Virus record (IMG/VR): IMGVR_UViG_3300048586_000179
Span: 5,146 to 69,145 of that record
DNA: 64,000 bases
Strand: one strand, 5' to 3'
DNA from: a virus
Each line of letters begins with the position of its first letter. Position 1 is the first letter of the stretch. Of this stretch, positions 45,749 to 56,163 are shown in pieces. Below the pieces are notes generated by a model. It was not told the DNA's origin, ran no database searches, and saw only the letters and a list, made by a program, of their open reading frames with translations. Both the position numbers and the translations under genes were made by a program.

Positions 45749-46309
45749 ATGTCAGGTATGGGCTTCAGACTGGCCCGGTCGCAGGGGATGGAGGGGTCGA
45801 CTGGCAACCTCAACGAATTCCCGATTGCTCCGGGCAACACCAACAAGATCTTCAGGGGCGACCTCGTCACGCTGAACGCCGGCAAGGTCGAGAGCACCGA
45901 TGGTGGTGCTGGGGATAAGGTCCTCGGCATCTTCTGGGGGTGCAAATACGTCGCGCCGGACGGCTCGTTCGAGTTCCGTCCGATGTGGGACGGCGTCGCC
46001 GGCCGCAAGGACGTCCTGGCGATGGTCGCCGTGATGCCGGCAGGCGCGACCATGCTGGTTCGGGGTAAGCCCGGGGCCACCTATACCGATGCTGACGTGG
46101 GCACCCGCAAGGCTGCCGATGTCAGCGTGGCGGGTGACCCCCTGTCGGGCATGTCGCGGGCCACGCTCGGCGCTCCGGGGGCCACTGTGCCCACCGCCGC
46201 GCTGGTCGTCCTGCGCAAGGTCGACATCCCGGCGTCGCCGGCGGTGGAGGGTGACTGGTTCGAGGTCGCCGTCGCCGCTGACAGCGCCGTCATGAACATT
46301 GGCGCATAA
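45749..46309 (+). CDS. head decoration/minor capsid protein
   Basis: IFRGDLV, LGIFWGCKY; directly upstream of MCP. Confidence 0.6.
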   Translation: MSGMGFRLARSQGMEGSTGNLNEFPIAPGNTNKIFRGDLVTLNAGKVESTDGGAGDKVLGIFWGCKYVAPDGSFEFRPMWDGVAGRKDVLAMVAVMPAGATMLVRGKPGATYTDADVGTRKAADVSVAGDPLSGMSRATLGAPGATVPTAALVVLRKVDIPASPAVEGDWFEVAVAADSAVMNIGA

Positions 46310-46321
46310 GGGGGGCCAAAC

Positions 46322-47230
46322 ATGTCAGCTATCAACAGAGCAGCCCTCCGGGAACAGCTGTGGCCCGGAATTTTCGAGATCTTCGGTTCGACCTACTCGG
46401 ACTACGAGGATCAGTACGGCTATGTCTTCACCACCCGGAAGTCGACCAAGGCCTACGAAGAGTACGTGATGGAGAGCATGTTCGGCCTGGCCCCGCCCAA
46501 GGCTGAAGGCGCTCCGATCATCTTCGACGAGGCGGCTGAGGTCTGGAAGGGCCGGGTCGAGATGAACGCCTACGCGTTGGGCTTCATCGTCACCCGCGAA
46601 GCGGTGAACGACAACCAGTACTTCGACCTGGTGCCGCGCTACACCCGCGCCCTGAAACGGTCCATGAAGATCACCAAGGAAGTCCGCGCCGCGGCCTTCG
46701 TGGATGCGGTCTTCACCACCTCGACCACCGGTGACGGCAAGCCGATCTGCGCGGTGGATCACCCGCTCCGCAACGGTGAAGTCCTCGCCAACCGCCCGGC
46801 CGCCGCTGCCGACCTGAACGAGACCTCGCTCGAGGCCGCGATCATCCAGATCGGCGAATTCGTGGACGAGCGTGGCCTGCGGATTGCGGTGAACGCCCGC
46901 CGGATGGTGGTGCCGAACTCCCTGCAGTTCACCGCCGAGCGTCTGATGAAGACGACCGGCGCGCGGGTGGGCACGGCCGACAACGACGTCGCGGCGATCC
47001 ACACGCTGGGGATGGTCCCGGAGGGCTATCGGATCAACAACTACCTGTCCGACCCGGCGGCGTGGTTCCTGATGACGGACGTGGACGAGGGCATGACCCA
47101 CTGGGATCGTGAACCCCTCGACCTCGAAGAAGGGGACGGGTCGGAGACCCAAACGATGCGGGTCATGGCCTACGAGCGCTATGCCTTCTCGTGCATGGAC
47201 CCCCGCTCGATCTTCGGCGTGCCTGGCTGA
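46322..47230 (+). CDS. major capsid protein (HK97 fold)
   Basis: INRA...QLWPG, DGKPI...HPL, DERGL, GTADND, ERYAF...DPR. Confidence 0.9.
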   Translation: MSAINRAALREQLWPGIFEIFGSTYSDYEDQYGYVFTTRKSTKAYEEYVMESMFGLAPPKAEGAPIIFDEAAEVWKGRVEMNAYALGFIVTREAVNDNQYFDLVPRYTRALKRSMKITKEVRAAAFVDAVFTTSTTGDGKPICAVDHPLRNGEVLANRPAAAADLNETSLEAAIIQIGEFVDERGLRIAVNARRMVVPNSLQFTAERLMKTTGARVGTADNDVAAIHTLGMVPEGYRINNYLSDPAAWFLMTDVDEGMTHWDREPLDLEEGDGSETQTMRVMAYERYAFSCMDPRSIFGVPG

Positions 47231-47258
47231 TCGCGCTCCCTGGCGCGTGAGGAAGTTC

Positions 47259-47290
47259 CGGGGGTCGTCCGTCAGGGCGGCCCCCGTTGT
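47259..47290 (+). terminator. hairpin after major capsid gene
   Basis: CGGGGGTCGTCC-GTCA-GGGCGGCCCCCG then TTGT. Confidence 0.55.
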
Positions 47291-47306
47291 CAACTTGGAG
47301 GGCAGG

Positions 47307-47945
47307 ATGGAGACGGGCTTCACCTTTGCGGATGTCTATGACGATGTGGTCGCGCGGGCCGGTGGCGAGCAGTCAACAGCTGAGGACGTGATCCGGGTCC
47401 GGCGCGGTCTGAGGCTGCTCCTGGAGAGGTGGGAGGCCAAGGGCTTCAACACCTGGCGCATCCGGATGCTGCGTGTCGTCGCGGTCGGTGGCCAACCCTT
47501 CATTCGTCTCCCTGCCTGCGTCGACGACATCATCCATGTCGTCCATGTGCGCGGTGGTGAGCTGACCCGCATCCCGCCTGACAAGTACATGACCATCGGC
47601 CCCAAGGACCGGACCGGGTCGCCGGGCGAATACTGGCTGGCGCGGGAGGAGTGCCCCAAGCTCTACCTCAACCCGACCGGCAACGGTGACCAGCTTGAAG
47701 TCTGGTACGTCGAGCGGCCGGCGGATTTCACCGCGGCGGCGGCCAACATGTCCGACGTGCCGGGCCGGTGGCTCGAAGCCATGATCCTCGGGTTGGCACT
47801 GGACCTGGCGCGTAAGCGCCCGGGGGATGGCGGGCAGTACAATGAGGGGCTGATCCAGCGGCTTGCGGGCGAGGCCGCAGAGGCGGAGGATATCGCCATG
47901 CGTGCGGACCGCGACCGTTCGCGCTTTCGGTACAGGATCGCTTGA
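47307..47945 (+). CDS. head-tail adaptor/tail tubular A-like
   Basis: LLLERWEAKGFNTW, Y..I..K...G.P, DVPGRWLEAM..GLA. Confidence 0.65.
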   Translation: METGFTFADVYDDVVARAGGEQSTAEDVIRVRRGLRLLLERWEAKGFNTWRIRMLRVVAVGGQPFIRLPACVDDIIHVVHVRGGELTRIPPDKYMTIGPKDRTGSPGEYWLAREECPKLYLNPTGNGDQLEVWYVERPADFTAAAANMSDVPGRWLEAMILGLALDLARKRPGDGGQYNEGLIQRLAGEAAEAEDIAMRADRDRSRFRYRIA

Positions 47946-48271
47946 TGGCCACGTTCAGGTCCTTCCCATCCCACCTGAAGCCGATGCGAGGGCGCGGCCT
48001 GATCACCTGTGCCAGATCTGGCTTCCTGCGCTTCCCCGATGACATCGTGGAGGTGGACGGTATGCCCATGGCCAAGGACAAGGCCGACTTCTACGGTGCC
48101 TTCGGCACCGACCACCCGCAGGATCACGCTCAGCCGGAGATCGGGGGTGATCCGAAGCCGGTGCGCTTTGGTGGGCTTGATGAAGCGCGCTCGAAAAGTG
48201 ACCTGTCCATCAGTGACCAGGAAATCCTCGCCTCGATCCGCGAGAACCGTCCTCCAAGACCGGGGTTCTGA
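47942..48271 (+). CDS. hypothetical virion protein
   Basis: CARSGF...DHPQ...RP. Confidence 0.6.
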   Translation: MMATFRSFPSHLKPMRGRGLITCARSGFLRFPDDIVEVDGMPMAKDKADFYGAFGTDHPQDHAQPEIGGDPKPVRFGGLDEARSKSDLSISDQEILASIRENRPPRPGF

Positions 48272-48274
48272 TCC

Positions 48275-48925
48275 ATGACCTATGACCAGCTCATCGCCTA
48301 TGCCCCGCTCGCCCTGATCGCCAAGAACAGGGACACTGTGGCCGAGATGCCCAACATCGTGCGGCGGGCGCAGGGCTACCTGGTCGCCCGTCTCGACCAC
48401 GACCTTTTCCGGATGATGCAGCCTTCAGCCCCGATCGGGGCGAATGGTGTGATCGACACGTCGAGCTTCACCGGCGACATCCTCGAGATCAGGTCGGTGG
48501 CGGTCGAGGTCAGCCCCGGGTCCTGGCTGCCGCTTCTGCGGCGCAGCGAAGAGATGCTGATCGCGCTCCACTCTGATGCCCCGGTGGGCCAGCCGCGCTT
48601 CTATGCGGTCATGGCCTCCGGTGCGGTGCAGGTCTTCCCTGCGCCGGGCGTGACCGGCCTGGTGGCCCGGGTCACCGCGAACGTGTCGCCGCCAGTTCTT
48701 AGTGCGATTGTGCAGACCAACATCATCAGCGAGCAGTTCCCTGAGCTCTTCGAGTTCGCCGCGACGATGGAGGCTGCGATCTTCAACATCGACCCAGCAA
48801 CGACCGAACTCTACCGGGGGCGGGTGGCCGAGACGCTGCAGGTGGCCAACAGCCAGATCTCGCGCCGCACGCGCGACGAGAGCGCGCAGCGCACGGTCGA
48901 GACGCGCAACATCACGGGGGCATGA
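48275..48925 (+). CDS. adaptor/neck protein
   Basis: MTYDQL, GQPRFYA, FPAP, TN.ISEQFP. Confidence 0.65.
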   Translation: MTYDQLIAYAPLALIAKNRDTVAEMPNIVRRAQGYLVARLDHDLFRMMQPSAPIGANGVIDTSSFTGDILEIRSVAVEVSPGSWLPLLRRSEEMLIALHSDAPVGQPRFYAVMASGAVQVFPAPGVTGLVARVTANVSPPVLSAIVQTNIISEQFPELFEFAATMEAAIFNIDPATTELYRGRVAETLQVANSQISRRTRDESAQRTVETRNITGA

Positions 48926-49293
48926 GCATGAACTGTTCTCTGCGTCACGATATCAGCCTGGTCCGCGGCGACACCTTCACCCTCTTCGTCGGCTTGTCGG
49001 CGGGCTGGGAAGACATCTCGGCCAATCCTGCCCTCTGGGAGGGACGGCTGGTGTTCCGGCTTCGTCAGGACGATGCCCTACCCGAGATCGTGGCGGTGAC
49101 GGCCGTTCCTGAGCCGGTCGCGGACCCCGACCCACGCTTTGCTGGCATCGACTTCCTTCTCAACTTCTCCATGACGCCAGTGCAGACGGAGAGCCTTCCG
49201 GCCTGGCCGGTGGTATGCTTTGCGGAAATCAGGACGCTCGATGGCAGCCAGGTGCGGCGACTGTTCGAGGGGAATGTCAGGAAGAGGGATTGA
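48922..49293 (+). CDS. tail-associated protein (BppU-N-like)
   Basis: RGDTF...RLFEGNV pattern. Confidence 0.55.
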   Translation: MSMNCSLRHDISLVRGDTFTLFVGLSAGWEDISANPALWEGRLVFRLRQDDALPEIVAVTAVPEPVADPDPRFAGIDFLLNFSMTPVQTESLPAWPVVCFAEIRTLDGSQVRRLFEGNVRKRD

Positions 49294-49295
49294 GC

Positions 49296-50168
49296 ATGAA
49301 CGCCTCGGCCACCGTCATCGAGCAGAAGCCACAGCTCATCGTGGTTTTCGACGGCCCCCGGGGGCTACCTGGTGGCCCCGGCTCCCCTGGTGCCCCTGGC
49401 ACCCCGGGTCGCTCCATCATCGTGCGTGGTCCGTGGAACAACCAGATCGAGTATGGCCCCGGGGATGCCGTCACCTCCCGCTCGCTTGCCAGCCCGGGCC
49501 TCACATCCCTCTGGATCGTCAGGGATGGAGGGAACCCGACCATTGGCCGCGCGCCGCACGAGGAGCCGAGCGAGTGGTCCGAGGTCTCGGCCGGTGGCGA
49601 CAGCGCCGGCGGCGCGGTCTATCGTGTGGACCAGGTGGGCCATCCCTTCACGATGATCGGCGAGCCGGTGGCGAAGTCCGAGGCGACGGGGCGCTATGAG
49701 CTGGCCGACGCCCGTAGCAAGGACCTTCTCGCGATCGGTGTCGTCTGCGACATCCCGGGCCCGAACGAGTTCGCCATCCAGACCAGCGGCCGGGTGAAGC
49801 ACACGGGTGGCCTCCTGATCTTCGATCCGGTCCCGCCCGCCGGGCGAGCCTCGGCTGACTGGATCCCGGGGCGCGTCTATTACCTCTCGACCCGTCCGGG
49901 CATGTACGAAGCTGACCAGCCCAGCGCGCCGGGGGCTTACTTCCAGCCGGTCGTCGTTCCTGTCTCGCCCACCGAATTCGTGATCCTGAGCTGGGGTCCG
50001 GAGAACCTGGACACGCCAGTTGACATTCCTGCCGTCGAGACCGCGCTGGGCGTGGTGCCTGGGCGGGAGGGTCAGCTCTGGTATCGCAGGATCGATAACC
50101 CTGGCCTTTACGTCGCGCTCTGGGACGAGACCCGGACGCGCCTGATGTGGGTGCAGGCGAATGGCTGA
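49296..50168 (+). CDS. tail fibre-related protein with short collagen-like repeat
   Basis: GPRGLPGGPGSPGAPGTPG; GRVYYLS. Confidence 0.6.
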   Translation: MNASATVIEQKPQLIVVFDGPRGLPGGPGSPGAPGTPGRSIIVRGPWNNQIEYGPGDAVTSRSLASPGLTSLWIVRDGGNPTIGRAPHEEPSEWSEVSAGGDSAGGAVYRVDQVGHPFTMIGEPVAKSEATGRYELADARSKDLLAIGVVCDIPGPNEFAIQTSGRVKHTGGLLIFDPVPPAGRASADWIPGRVYYLSTRPGMYEADQPSAPGAYFQPVVVPVSPTEFVILSWGPENLDTPVDIPAVETALGVVPGREGQLWYRRIDNPGLYVALWDETRTRLMWVQANG

Positions 50169-50943
50169 CAAGCGCGGGCTGGTCGCAGCCTACCCCTTCG
50201 CTGCCCAGACGCCAGAGACTTACGAGCCGCGCAATGAGGAGCGCTTCCGGGCGCAGATGGCGCAGGCCAACGCCGAGATCAACGACCGGCTTGCCACCAT
50301 CGAGACCGAGGTGGATGCGGTCCAGGAGGGGCTTGCGGCGATCCCGCCGCCCCCGGTCGTGCCAGACTTCGCCACCGAGCCAGAGGCGATTGCCGGGACC
50401 GACCCCGACACCATCATTTCGCCCGCCACTCTTTCGGCGGTCCTGGCCACGCTTACCGAGCTACTTCTCCCGCCCGGGGCCATCATGTACTTCGCCGGGG
50501 ATGCGCCGGCCGGGTGGCTTAACTGCGATGGCACGGCGGTGACATCGACCTATCCGGCGCTGCGGGCCTACCTGATCGCCGCAGGCAGTCCCTACGGATC
50601 CTCGGGATCGGACCCGCGCCTGCCGGACCTGCGCGGCGAGTTCATCCGGGGTGCCGACCTCGGGCGTGGAGTGGATGCCGGTCGGGTCTTCGGCTCGGCG
50701 CAGCTCGACCAGATCCAGCGTATCACCGGCCAGCTGAACCAGATCCAGTTCATCGGCGGCGGGCAGGAAACCATTGGCGCCCTTCGTCGCGGCGCAGGGA
50801 CGGCTTCCGCGATCTGGCAGGGGGCCACCAGCGTGAACCGCAGCACGCAGATCAACTTCGACACTGACTTTGACGCCACGATCCGCGATGGTGAGGAAAC
50901 CCGGCCGCGCAACGTATCCTTGCGGGCGTGCATCAAGACTTGA
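50161..50943 (+). CDS. tail fibre protein with tail-collar domain
   Basis: PPGAIMYF...GWLNCDG...YPAL...LPDLRGEFIRG...ETRPRNV. Confidence 0.85.
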   Translation: MADKRGLVAAYPFAAQTPETYEPRNEERFRAQMAQANAEINDRLATIETEVDAVQEGLAAIPPPPVVPDFATEPEAIAGTDPDTIISPATLSAVLATLTELLLPPGAIMYFAGDAPAGWLNCDGTAVTSTYPALRAYLIAAGSPYGSSGSDPRLPDLRGEFIRGADLGRGVDAGRVFGSAQLDQIQRITGQLNQIQFIGGGQETIGALRRGAGTASAIWQGATSVNRSTQINFDTDFDATIRDGEETRPRNVSLRACIKT

Positions 50944-50953
50944 GGAGGGGCCG

Positions 50954-51214
50954 ATGAACAAGAAGGTGACGCCGGTCAAGCCGGGAGCCAAGAAGCCACC
51001 TTCCGGGCGGGTCTATTCGACCTACGACCAGGAGTACCAGAAGGACCCCGCATACATCAAAAAGCAGGTCATCCGGAACCGTGACCGCCGTAAGGCGCAG
51101 GAGGAAGGTCGGGTCAAGAAGGGCAGCGGCAAGGATGTGCACCACGTCAACGGGGCCGCCAACGGCGGCCCGACGCGGGTCATCTCGGCCTCGAAGAACA
51201 GGAGCATGAAATGA
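50954..51214 (+). CDS. small HNH-like protein
   Basis: KDVHH..G...G...NR. Confidence 0.6.
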   Translation: MNKKVTPVKPGAKKPPSGRVYSTYDQEYQKDPAYIKKQVIRNRDRRKAQEEGRVKKGSGKDVHHVNGAANGGPTRVISASKNRSMK

Positions 51215-54129
51215 GCCTGCAGTTCCCGATCCCGCAGTTCATCGGACAGGCTGTCCGCTACCAGGGGCAGACCTGGCTCTGGGATGGTGTGGGCTGGCAC
51301 ATCGACGACACGGCCAACCGCATCGATCTGGCGACGGTCCCGGCCTATCTTGGGCAGTTCGTCTACAAGCTGCCGAACAGCCTGCCCCTGCCGACCTTCA
51401 TCAGCCTGTCCGACCCGGACATCTATGGCGCGACCTTCGTCCTGTCGGCCGTCGCCCCCTTCGAGGGCGTCAAGGTCTACAAGAACGGCGAGCTGATGGT
51501 CATGGACGATGGCAGTGGCACGCTCGGCCAGTATGTCGTCAACCGGGCAGCCAACCGGATCGAGTTCCTGCCCCCGGGGCTGGTCGTCCAGGACGTCATC
51601 ACCGTCGGGATCCTCACGCCCTCGGACAGTCTTGCGCCCGGCCGGGTGAACATCGAGGAGATCAAGGATCTCGATACCGACTGGGTGACGAACCCGGGAA
51701 GCCCGACGACCGGAATGGTGAACGGCGTGCGCCGCACCTTCGATCTTCTGGTTGATGTGGCGGGGGTCGGCCAGCAGTTCGCCGTCATCGCAAAAGCCTC
51801 AGACCTCGCGGTCTTCGTCGGAGGCGTGCGGCAGCGTCCCGGCATCGATTACAGCGTGACCGGTTCGGAGCTGACGATGACCGTCGCGCCGGTGGCTGGC
51901 GTGCCCTTCTGGGCGCTCTGGTATCAGCCGGCGGGATCGGGTGGCGGCGCGGGCGTAAGCCCGCCGCAGCCCCCGCAGGACACGCGCCTGAGCCTCTACG
52001 GCTGGCGTCCGGGGTCTGGCCTGCAGTGGGAGGATGCCAGGGGCATTGCGCTCACGGTGGCCAACGCGGCCGCCCGCACGGCGCTGCGCGCCGATGTCGA
52101 CATCCTGCCGGGCTCACTTGTCCTGCAGGCGGACACGCAGGATCTCTGGCGCTGGAGTGGGGCGGCCTGGGTGCGCTACCTCGATGCCGGCACGATCGCC
52201 GCGCCGCTGGGTGGTCGGATGCAGCAGCTTCGCTCGTCCACCGCGCTGCAGCGCCCCGCGGCTGACAGCGGCCTGCCCGGCCAGATCTGGATCAACCTGG
52301 CTGACCGGACGCTGGGCTACTTCGATGATGGGAGTGATCCGGTCGATCTGATCGGCCTCGATGCGAACGGCCATGTTCTGGGGGCTTTCTTGAACCCCGC
52401 CCTTCGCACCTTCGGATTGCCGGGCACCGGGTCCCTGGTGATCTCCGACTGGAATGACGCGCACCTCGGCGGCACCGCGCCGGTCCGGGCCCCAGCCGGG
52501 TCAGCCAACCGCCCACCGGGGACCGACCTGGCTTATGCCGGCACCTACATCGCCATGGGCGACGCGAACACCGGCGTCCTGACGGCCATGTCCCCAGATG
52601 GAAACACGGTCTACGTCCGTCCGCGCTCGGGTGGGGTGTGGGGATCGTGGATCCAGGTCAACTCCCCCGGCCTCGACATCTCCTCGGCCATGCTCAGGGC
52701 CAACAACCTGAGCGACGTGAACTCGAAGCCCGCAGGGCGGAACAACCTCGAGGTGCTGTTCAACCCGCGCACGGTCTATGCGGGCGATCTGGATGCGCTC
52801 GACGAGACCGGCCTCTACCCCCTCGGGATCGGCGTCACGAATGGCTGGGTGAATGACGGCACCGGCGCCGGCGGCGAGGCCACGGTTGGGGATGCGGTCC
52901 TCCACATCGAGACTGGCGGGGCTCTGGCCTATCAGCTCGGCTTCAACGTGATCCCGACCGGCCCAGCGGCGAAGCCGCTGCGGCTGCGCTTCATGGTGGG
53001 GCCGACAACCTGGACGCCTTGGGCCAGCATCCTGACGGCGGACGAGGTGACCGCGGCCATCCAGGCGTTCGGCTACGCCCGGCAGATGGGTGACAAGGAT
53101 GCCGACGCGGCCGGTCTGGTGACTGAGTTCTTCCGAGCGACCGCCGGGGCGCCCGGGGGTGAGAGCTGGCACACGCTGATGATGTCCCGCGCACTCGATG
53201 CGGCGGGCGCGCAGATCGCCGTGCGTGACGGGGGAACCAACCGTGCCAGGCTGGCCTGGCGGCACCGCGGCGGTGCGGTATGGGCCACCTGGGCCGAGGG
53301 ACAGCCGATCCTGTCCGGCACCACGGCCCAGCGCCCCACAACCGGCCTGGTGCCAGGCCTCTGCTACTTCGACACCACCCTGCAGCGCCCGGTCTATGTG
53401 AACGCGGCCGGGGATGGCTGGATCGACCCGACGCCGGACATCCCGCCCGGCACGGTGATCAGCGACACCGCACCGCTCGCCCCCGAGCCCGGGCAGCTTT
53501 GGTTCAAGCCCTCCGCACCGGTCGGCCTCTATGTCTGGTACGATGACGGTGACAGCAGCCAGTGGGTGCAGGCTGGTGGCGGCGCGCTGCCGCCCTTTGC
53601 GTCAACCGCCGAGGCGCGAGCGGGCGCCATCACTGACAAGGTCATGTCTCCGGCGCTGGTGCAGGCGCGAGTGGGCCAGCAAGCCATAGATGCCGCAGGA
53701 AAACTAAACCTGACATTCGATGAGGTTCCAAACGAGGCGAACGAAATCAACCTTCTGCTCAATGGCGTGGCCGTCAGTGCTGGTAGCGTCATGTCCTTCG
53801 ACTTTTCTGGTGCGCCGACTGCCCGGGCTTTTTCGGGGCGCAACCTCATGGCGGGCGCCTATTCCCCGCCTGTAGGCGATGACGATAACGCCCTCTTCGT
53901 CCTCGATAGCAACACGACGAACGCGCAAGGCTATGCCGGGTGCGTGCGGCTTGTCCGCGACGCGCGCGGCGGGTCTTGGTATGTCAGCGGCAGCTTGCGC
54001 CGCGCCACGTCTTCGATGCTGGTCTACTCTGGCGTTTTCAACATGCGTGGAGAGCAAAATGCCCTGCTGCGCCTGAACAGCACCATCGCCTTCACGGGCG
54101 GCAGTGCAAGAGTGCGGTGGCGCATCTGA
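51211..54129 (+). CDS. long tail fibre protein
   Basis: 972 aa, fibre repeats (NNLSDV, GTTAQRP, GQLW). Confidence 0.75.
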   Translation: MSLQFPIPQFIGQAVRYQGQTWLWDGVGWHIDDTANRIDLATVPAYLGQFVYKLPNSLPLPTFISLSDPDIYGATFVLSAVAPFEGVKVYKNGELMVMDDGSGTLGQYVVNRAANRIEFLPPGLVVQDVITVGILTPSDSLAPGRVNIEEIKDLDTDWVTNPGSPTTGMVNGVRRTFDLLVDVAGVGQQFAVIAKASDLAVFVGGVRQRPGIDYSVTGSELTMTVAPVAGVPFWALWYQPAGSGGGAGVSPPQPPQDTRLSLYGWRPGSGLQWEDARGIALTVANAAARTALRADVDILPGSLVLQADTQDLWRWSGAAWVRYLDAGTIAAPLGGRMQQLRSSTALQRPAADSGLPGQIWINLADRTLGYFDDGSDPVDLIGLDANGHVLGAFLNPALRTFGLPGTGSLVISDWNDAHLGGTAPVRAPAGSANRPPGTDLAYAGTYIAMGDANTGVLTAMSPDGNTVYVRPRSGGVWGSWIQVNSPGLDISSAMLRANNLSDVNSKPAGRNNLEVLFNPRTVYAGDLDALDETGLYPLGIGVTNGWVNDGTGAGGEATVGDAVLHIETGGALAYQLGFNVIPTGPAAKPLRLRFMVGPTTWTPWASILTADEVTAAIQAFGYARQMGDKDADAAGLVTEFFRATAGAPGGESWHTLMMSRALDAAGAQIAVRDGGTNRARLAWRHRGGAVWATWAEGQPILSGTTAQRPTTGLVPGLCYFDTTLQRPVYVNAAGDGWIDPTPDIPPGTVISDTAPLAPEPGQLWFKPSAPVGLYVWYDDGDSSQWVQAGGGALPPFASTAEARAGAITDKVMSPALVQARVGQQAIDAAGKLNLTFDEVPNEANEINLLLNGVAVSAGSVMSFDFSGAPTARAFSGRNLMAGAYSPPVGDDDNALFVLDSNTTNAQGYAGCVRLVRDARGGSWYVSGSLRRATSSMLVYSGVFNMRGEQNALLRLNSTIAFTGGSARVRWRI

Positions 54130-54130
54130 C

Positions 54131-54679
54131 ATGGCCATAAACTTCCCCAGCGCGCCGGTCGTCGGCCAGGTCTACCAGGCGGAGGATGTCGACTTCGTTT
54201 GGAACGGCACGCTCTGGGTGGTTCTGGCCCCGTCCAATGCGACCTTTGCCAGCAAGGCCGAGGCTGAGGCTGGGGCTAGGGATGACGTCTTTCTCTCCCC
54301 CCTTCGGGCGGATGAGGCGATTGCGGCGCTCCGGCAGACCCCGGACTATGATCTGCCGGCAGCGATCTGTCGGGCTTGGGTGCGCTTCAATGGTGAGACC
54401 AGCACGATCATCGCCAGCTTCAACGTGGCGAGCCTGGTGAATGACGGTGGCGTGGGTCGGACCCGCGTCACCTTTCAGAACCCGATGCCGGATGCCAATT
54501 ACATCATCCTGCCCATGTCGCGCGGGATCACCAACCACAACCCCACCCAGATGGGCTTGTCCACGGCCGTGCAGAACGACCCAGCCTTCTGTCGCCTCAT
54601 CACGGGCACGACCGGGGGCGGGAACCGTGCGGGTTTCAATGCGAACTCTGCCCTCTGCCATGTGAGTTTCTGGCGATGA
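54131..54679 (+). CDS. tail fibre tip/adhesin paralogue 1
   Basis: INFPSAP..G...FVWNG..W; AWVRFNG...FNVASL. Confidence 0.65.
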   Translation: MAINFPSAPVVGQVYQAEDVDFVWNGTLWVVLAPSNATFASKAEAEAGARDDVFLSPLRADEAIAALRQTPDYDLPAAICRAWVRFNGETSTIIASFNVASLVNDGGVGRTRVTFQNPMPDANYIILPMSRGITNHNPTQMGLSTAVQNDPAFCRLITGTTGGGNRAGFNANSALCHVSFWR

Positions 54680-55224
54680 GCCTCAACTTCCCCTCCAGCC
54701 CGAGCCCGGGCGACAGCTTCACCGCCGAGGGTGCGACCTTCGTCTGGACCGGATCCGTCTGGGTCATGCCGCCGTCAGGGCTGATCATTGCCACGCAGGA
54801 CGAGGCGGAGGAAGGCCAGCGCCAGGATCGCGCCATGACCCCATTGCGTGGCAAGCAGGCCATCGATGCGCTGGCGACGCCTGCGGCGCCACAGCCGCCG
54901 CATGAGGCCCTTTGCCGTGCGTATTGCATCTTCCTGTCTGACGGGACCATCGTGCACGCGGTCAACGTCGCCTCAGTGGTCGTCCTGGGTGCGGGGACCT
55001 ACGAGGTCACCTTCGCCACGCCGCGACCCTCAGCCAACTATGTGGTCCTGGGAAGCTGTGAGGGGATCACCAACCACCCGGTGATGGCGGTGGCATCACC
55101 TCCCGACTTCCAGACGGCCGCCAAGTTCAGGGTGATCTTCGGGCTCACCGGGGGGAACGGCTCGACGGGTGGTTTCCTGGCCTCGCCGCCCCGCGCACAT
55201 GTGGGGGTCTTCGCATGGGACTGA
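54676..55224 (+). CDS. tail fibre tip/adhesin paralogue 2
   Basis: LNFPSSP..G...FVWTG..W; NVASV...GTYEVTF. Confidence 0.65.
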   Translation: MSLNFPSSPSPGDSFTAEGATFVWTGSVWVMPPSGLIIATQDEAEEGQRQDRAMTPLRGKQAIDALATPAAPQPPHEALCRAYCIFLSDGTIVHAVNVASVVVLGAGTYEVTFATPRPSANYVVLGSCEGITNHPVMAVASPPDFQTAAKFRVIFGLTGGNGSTGGFLASPPRAHVGVFAWD

Positions 55225-55760
55225 ACTTTCCCAATACGCCCGCGACCGGCGAACGCTTTACGGCCGAGGGGCGCACCTTCGTCTGGAATGGCTCTGTCTG
55301 GCTCATGGAGGCAGAGAATATTCCGTGGGCCTCACTGGAAGAGGCCCTGGCCGCAGTTGCGACGGACAGGTTCATGTCCCCCGCGGCCATGGCGGCCCTG
55401 ATCGATCGGCGGGATAATGACGGTGTCGACTTCGGCGCGCTTCAGGTGATTGCCTGGGGCCTGTTCAACGGGTCCACCGGCGCCCTCATCGCAGGCCGCA
55501 ACTTCGAGCCAGCCGTGCTGGTCGGGACCGGGTCATATCGCTTCATCTTCACGACACCACCCCCTGACGACAACTACCTGGTCCATTGCTCATCGCCCTT
55601 CAACACGTCAGGGGCTGCACCTTTGGCTTGCGGCTTCAACTCAGCGCAACCCCTGCCGGTGGCTGGGCAGTTCGATATCACCACGGGTGGCACGGGTGGG
55701 TCCAACAGCACGTCAGCTGTGTTCCGGGGGCCGCAGATCCAGGTGGCCGTCTTCCGCTGA
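55215..55760 (+). CDS. tail fibre tip/adhesin paralogue 3
   Basis: LNFPNTP..G...FVWNG..W; GTGSYRFIF...DDNY. Confidence 0.65.
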   Translation: MGLNFPNTPATGERFTAEGRTFVWNGSVWLMEAENIPWASLEEALAAVATDRFMSPAAMAALIDRRDNDGVDFGALQVIAWGLFNGSTGALIAGRNFEPAVLVGTGSYRFIFTTPPPDDNYLVHCSSPFNTSGAAPLACGFNSAQPLPVAGQFDITTGGTGGSNSTSAVFRGPQIQVAVFR

Positions 55761-55832
55761 TCGGTTGTGGAAAAATGCGCCCCTGCGCGCTATGGTGGGG
55801 CATCACGGGATCGCTTCATCAAGGACGTCGCC

Positions 55833-56159
55833 ATGGACCTCATCGTCAACACCGGCAAGCTTGACTATCGCCGCACCGTCACCTGGCCGCAGGCCTCTGC
55901 GGCCGACAACGCCACCCTCCCCCGCTACGCCCCGATCTGGTCGATGGTCTGCGCGACCATCCAGGTCGTCGGTTCGGGCAGCGCGGTCATCAAGGGCAGC
56001 AACGACGGGGTGAACTACGTCACCCTCAAGGACTTGGCCGGGAACGACCTCACGGTCGCCGCGGGCGAGCTGAAGGAGTTCTCCAGTGGCGTGGCTTTCG
56101 TCAAGCCGGAGATGACCGGAGGACCGGCTGACGTCATCATCACCCACTGGCAGGGCTGA
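55833..56159 (+). CDS. putative virion protein
   Basis: Beta-rich, GSNDGVNY. Confidence 0.6.
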   Translation: MDLIVNTGKLDYRRTVTWPQASAADNATLPRYAPIWSMVCATIQVVGSGSAVIKGSNDGVNYVTLKDLAGNDLTVAAGELKEFSSGVAFVKPEMTGGPADVIITHWQG

Positions 56160-56163
56160 CCCC

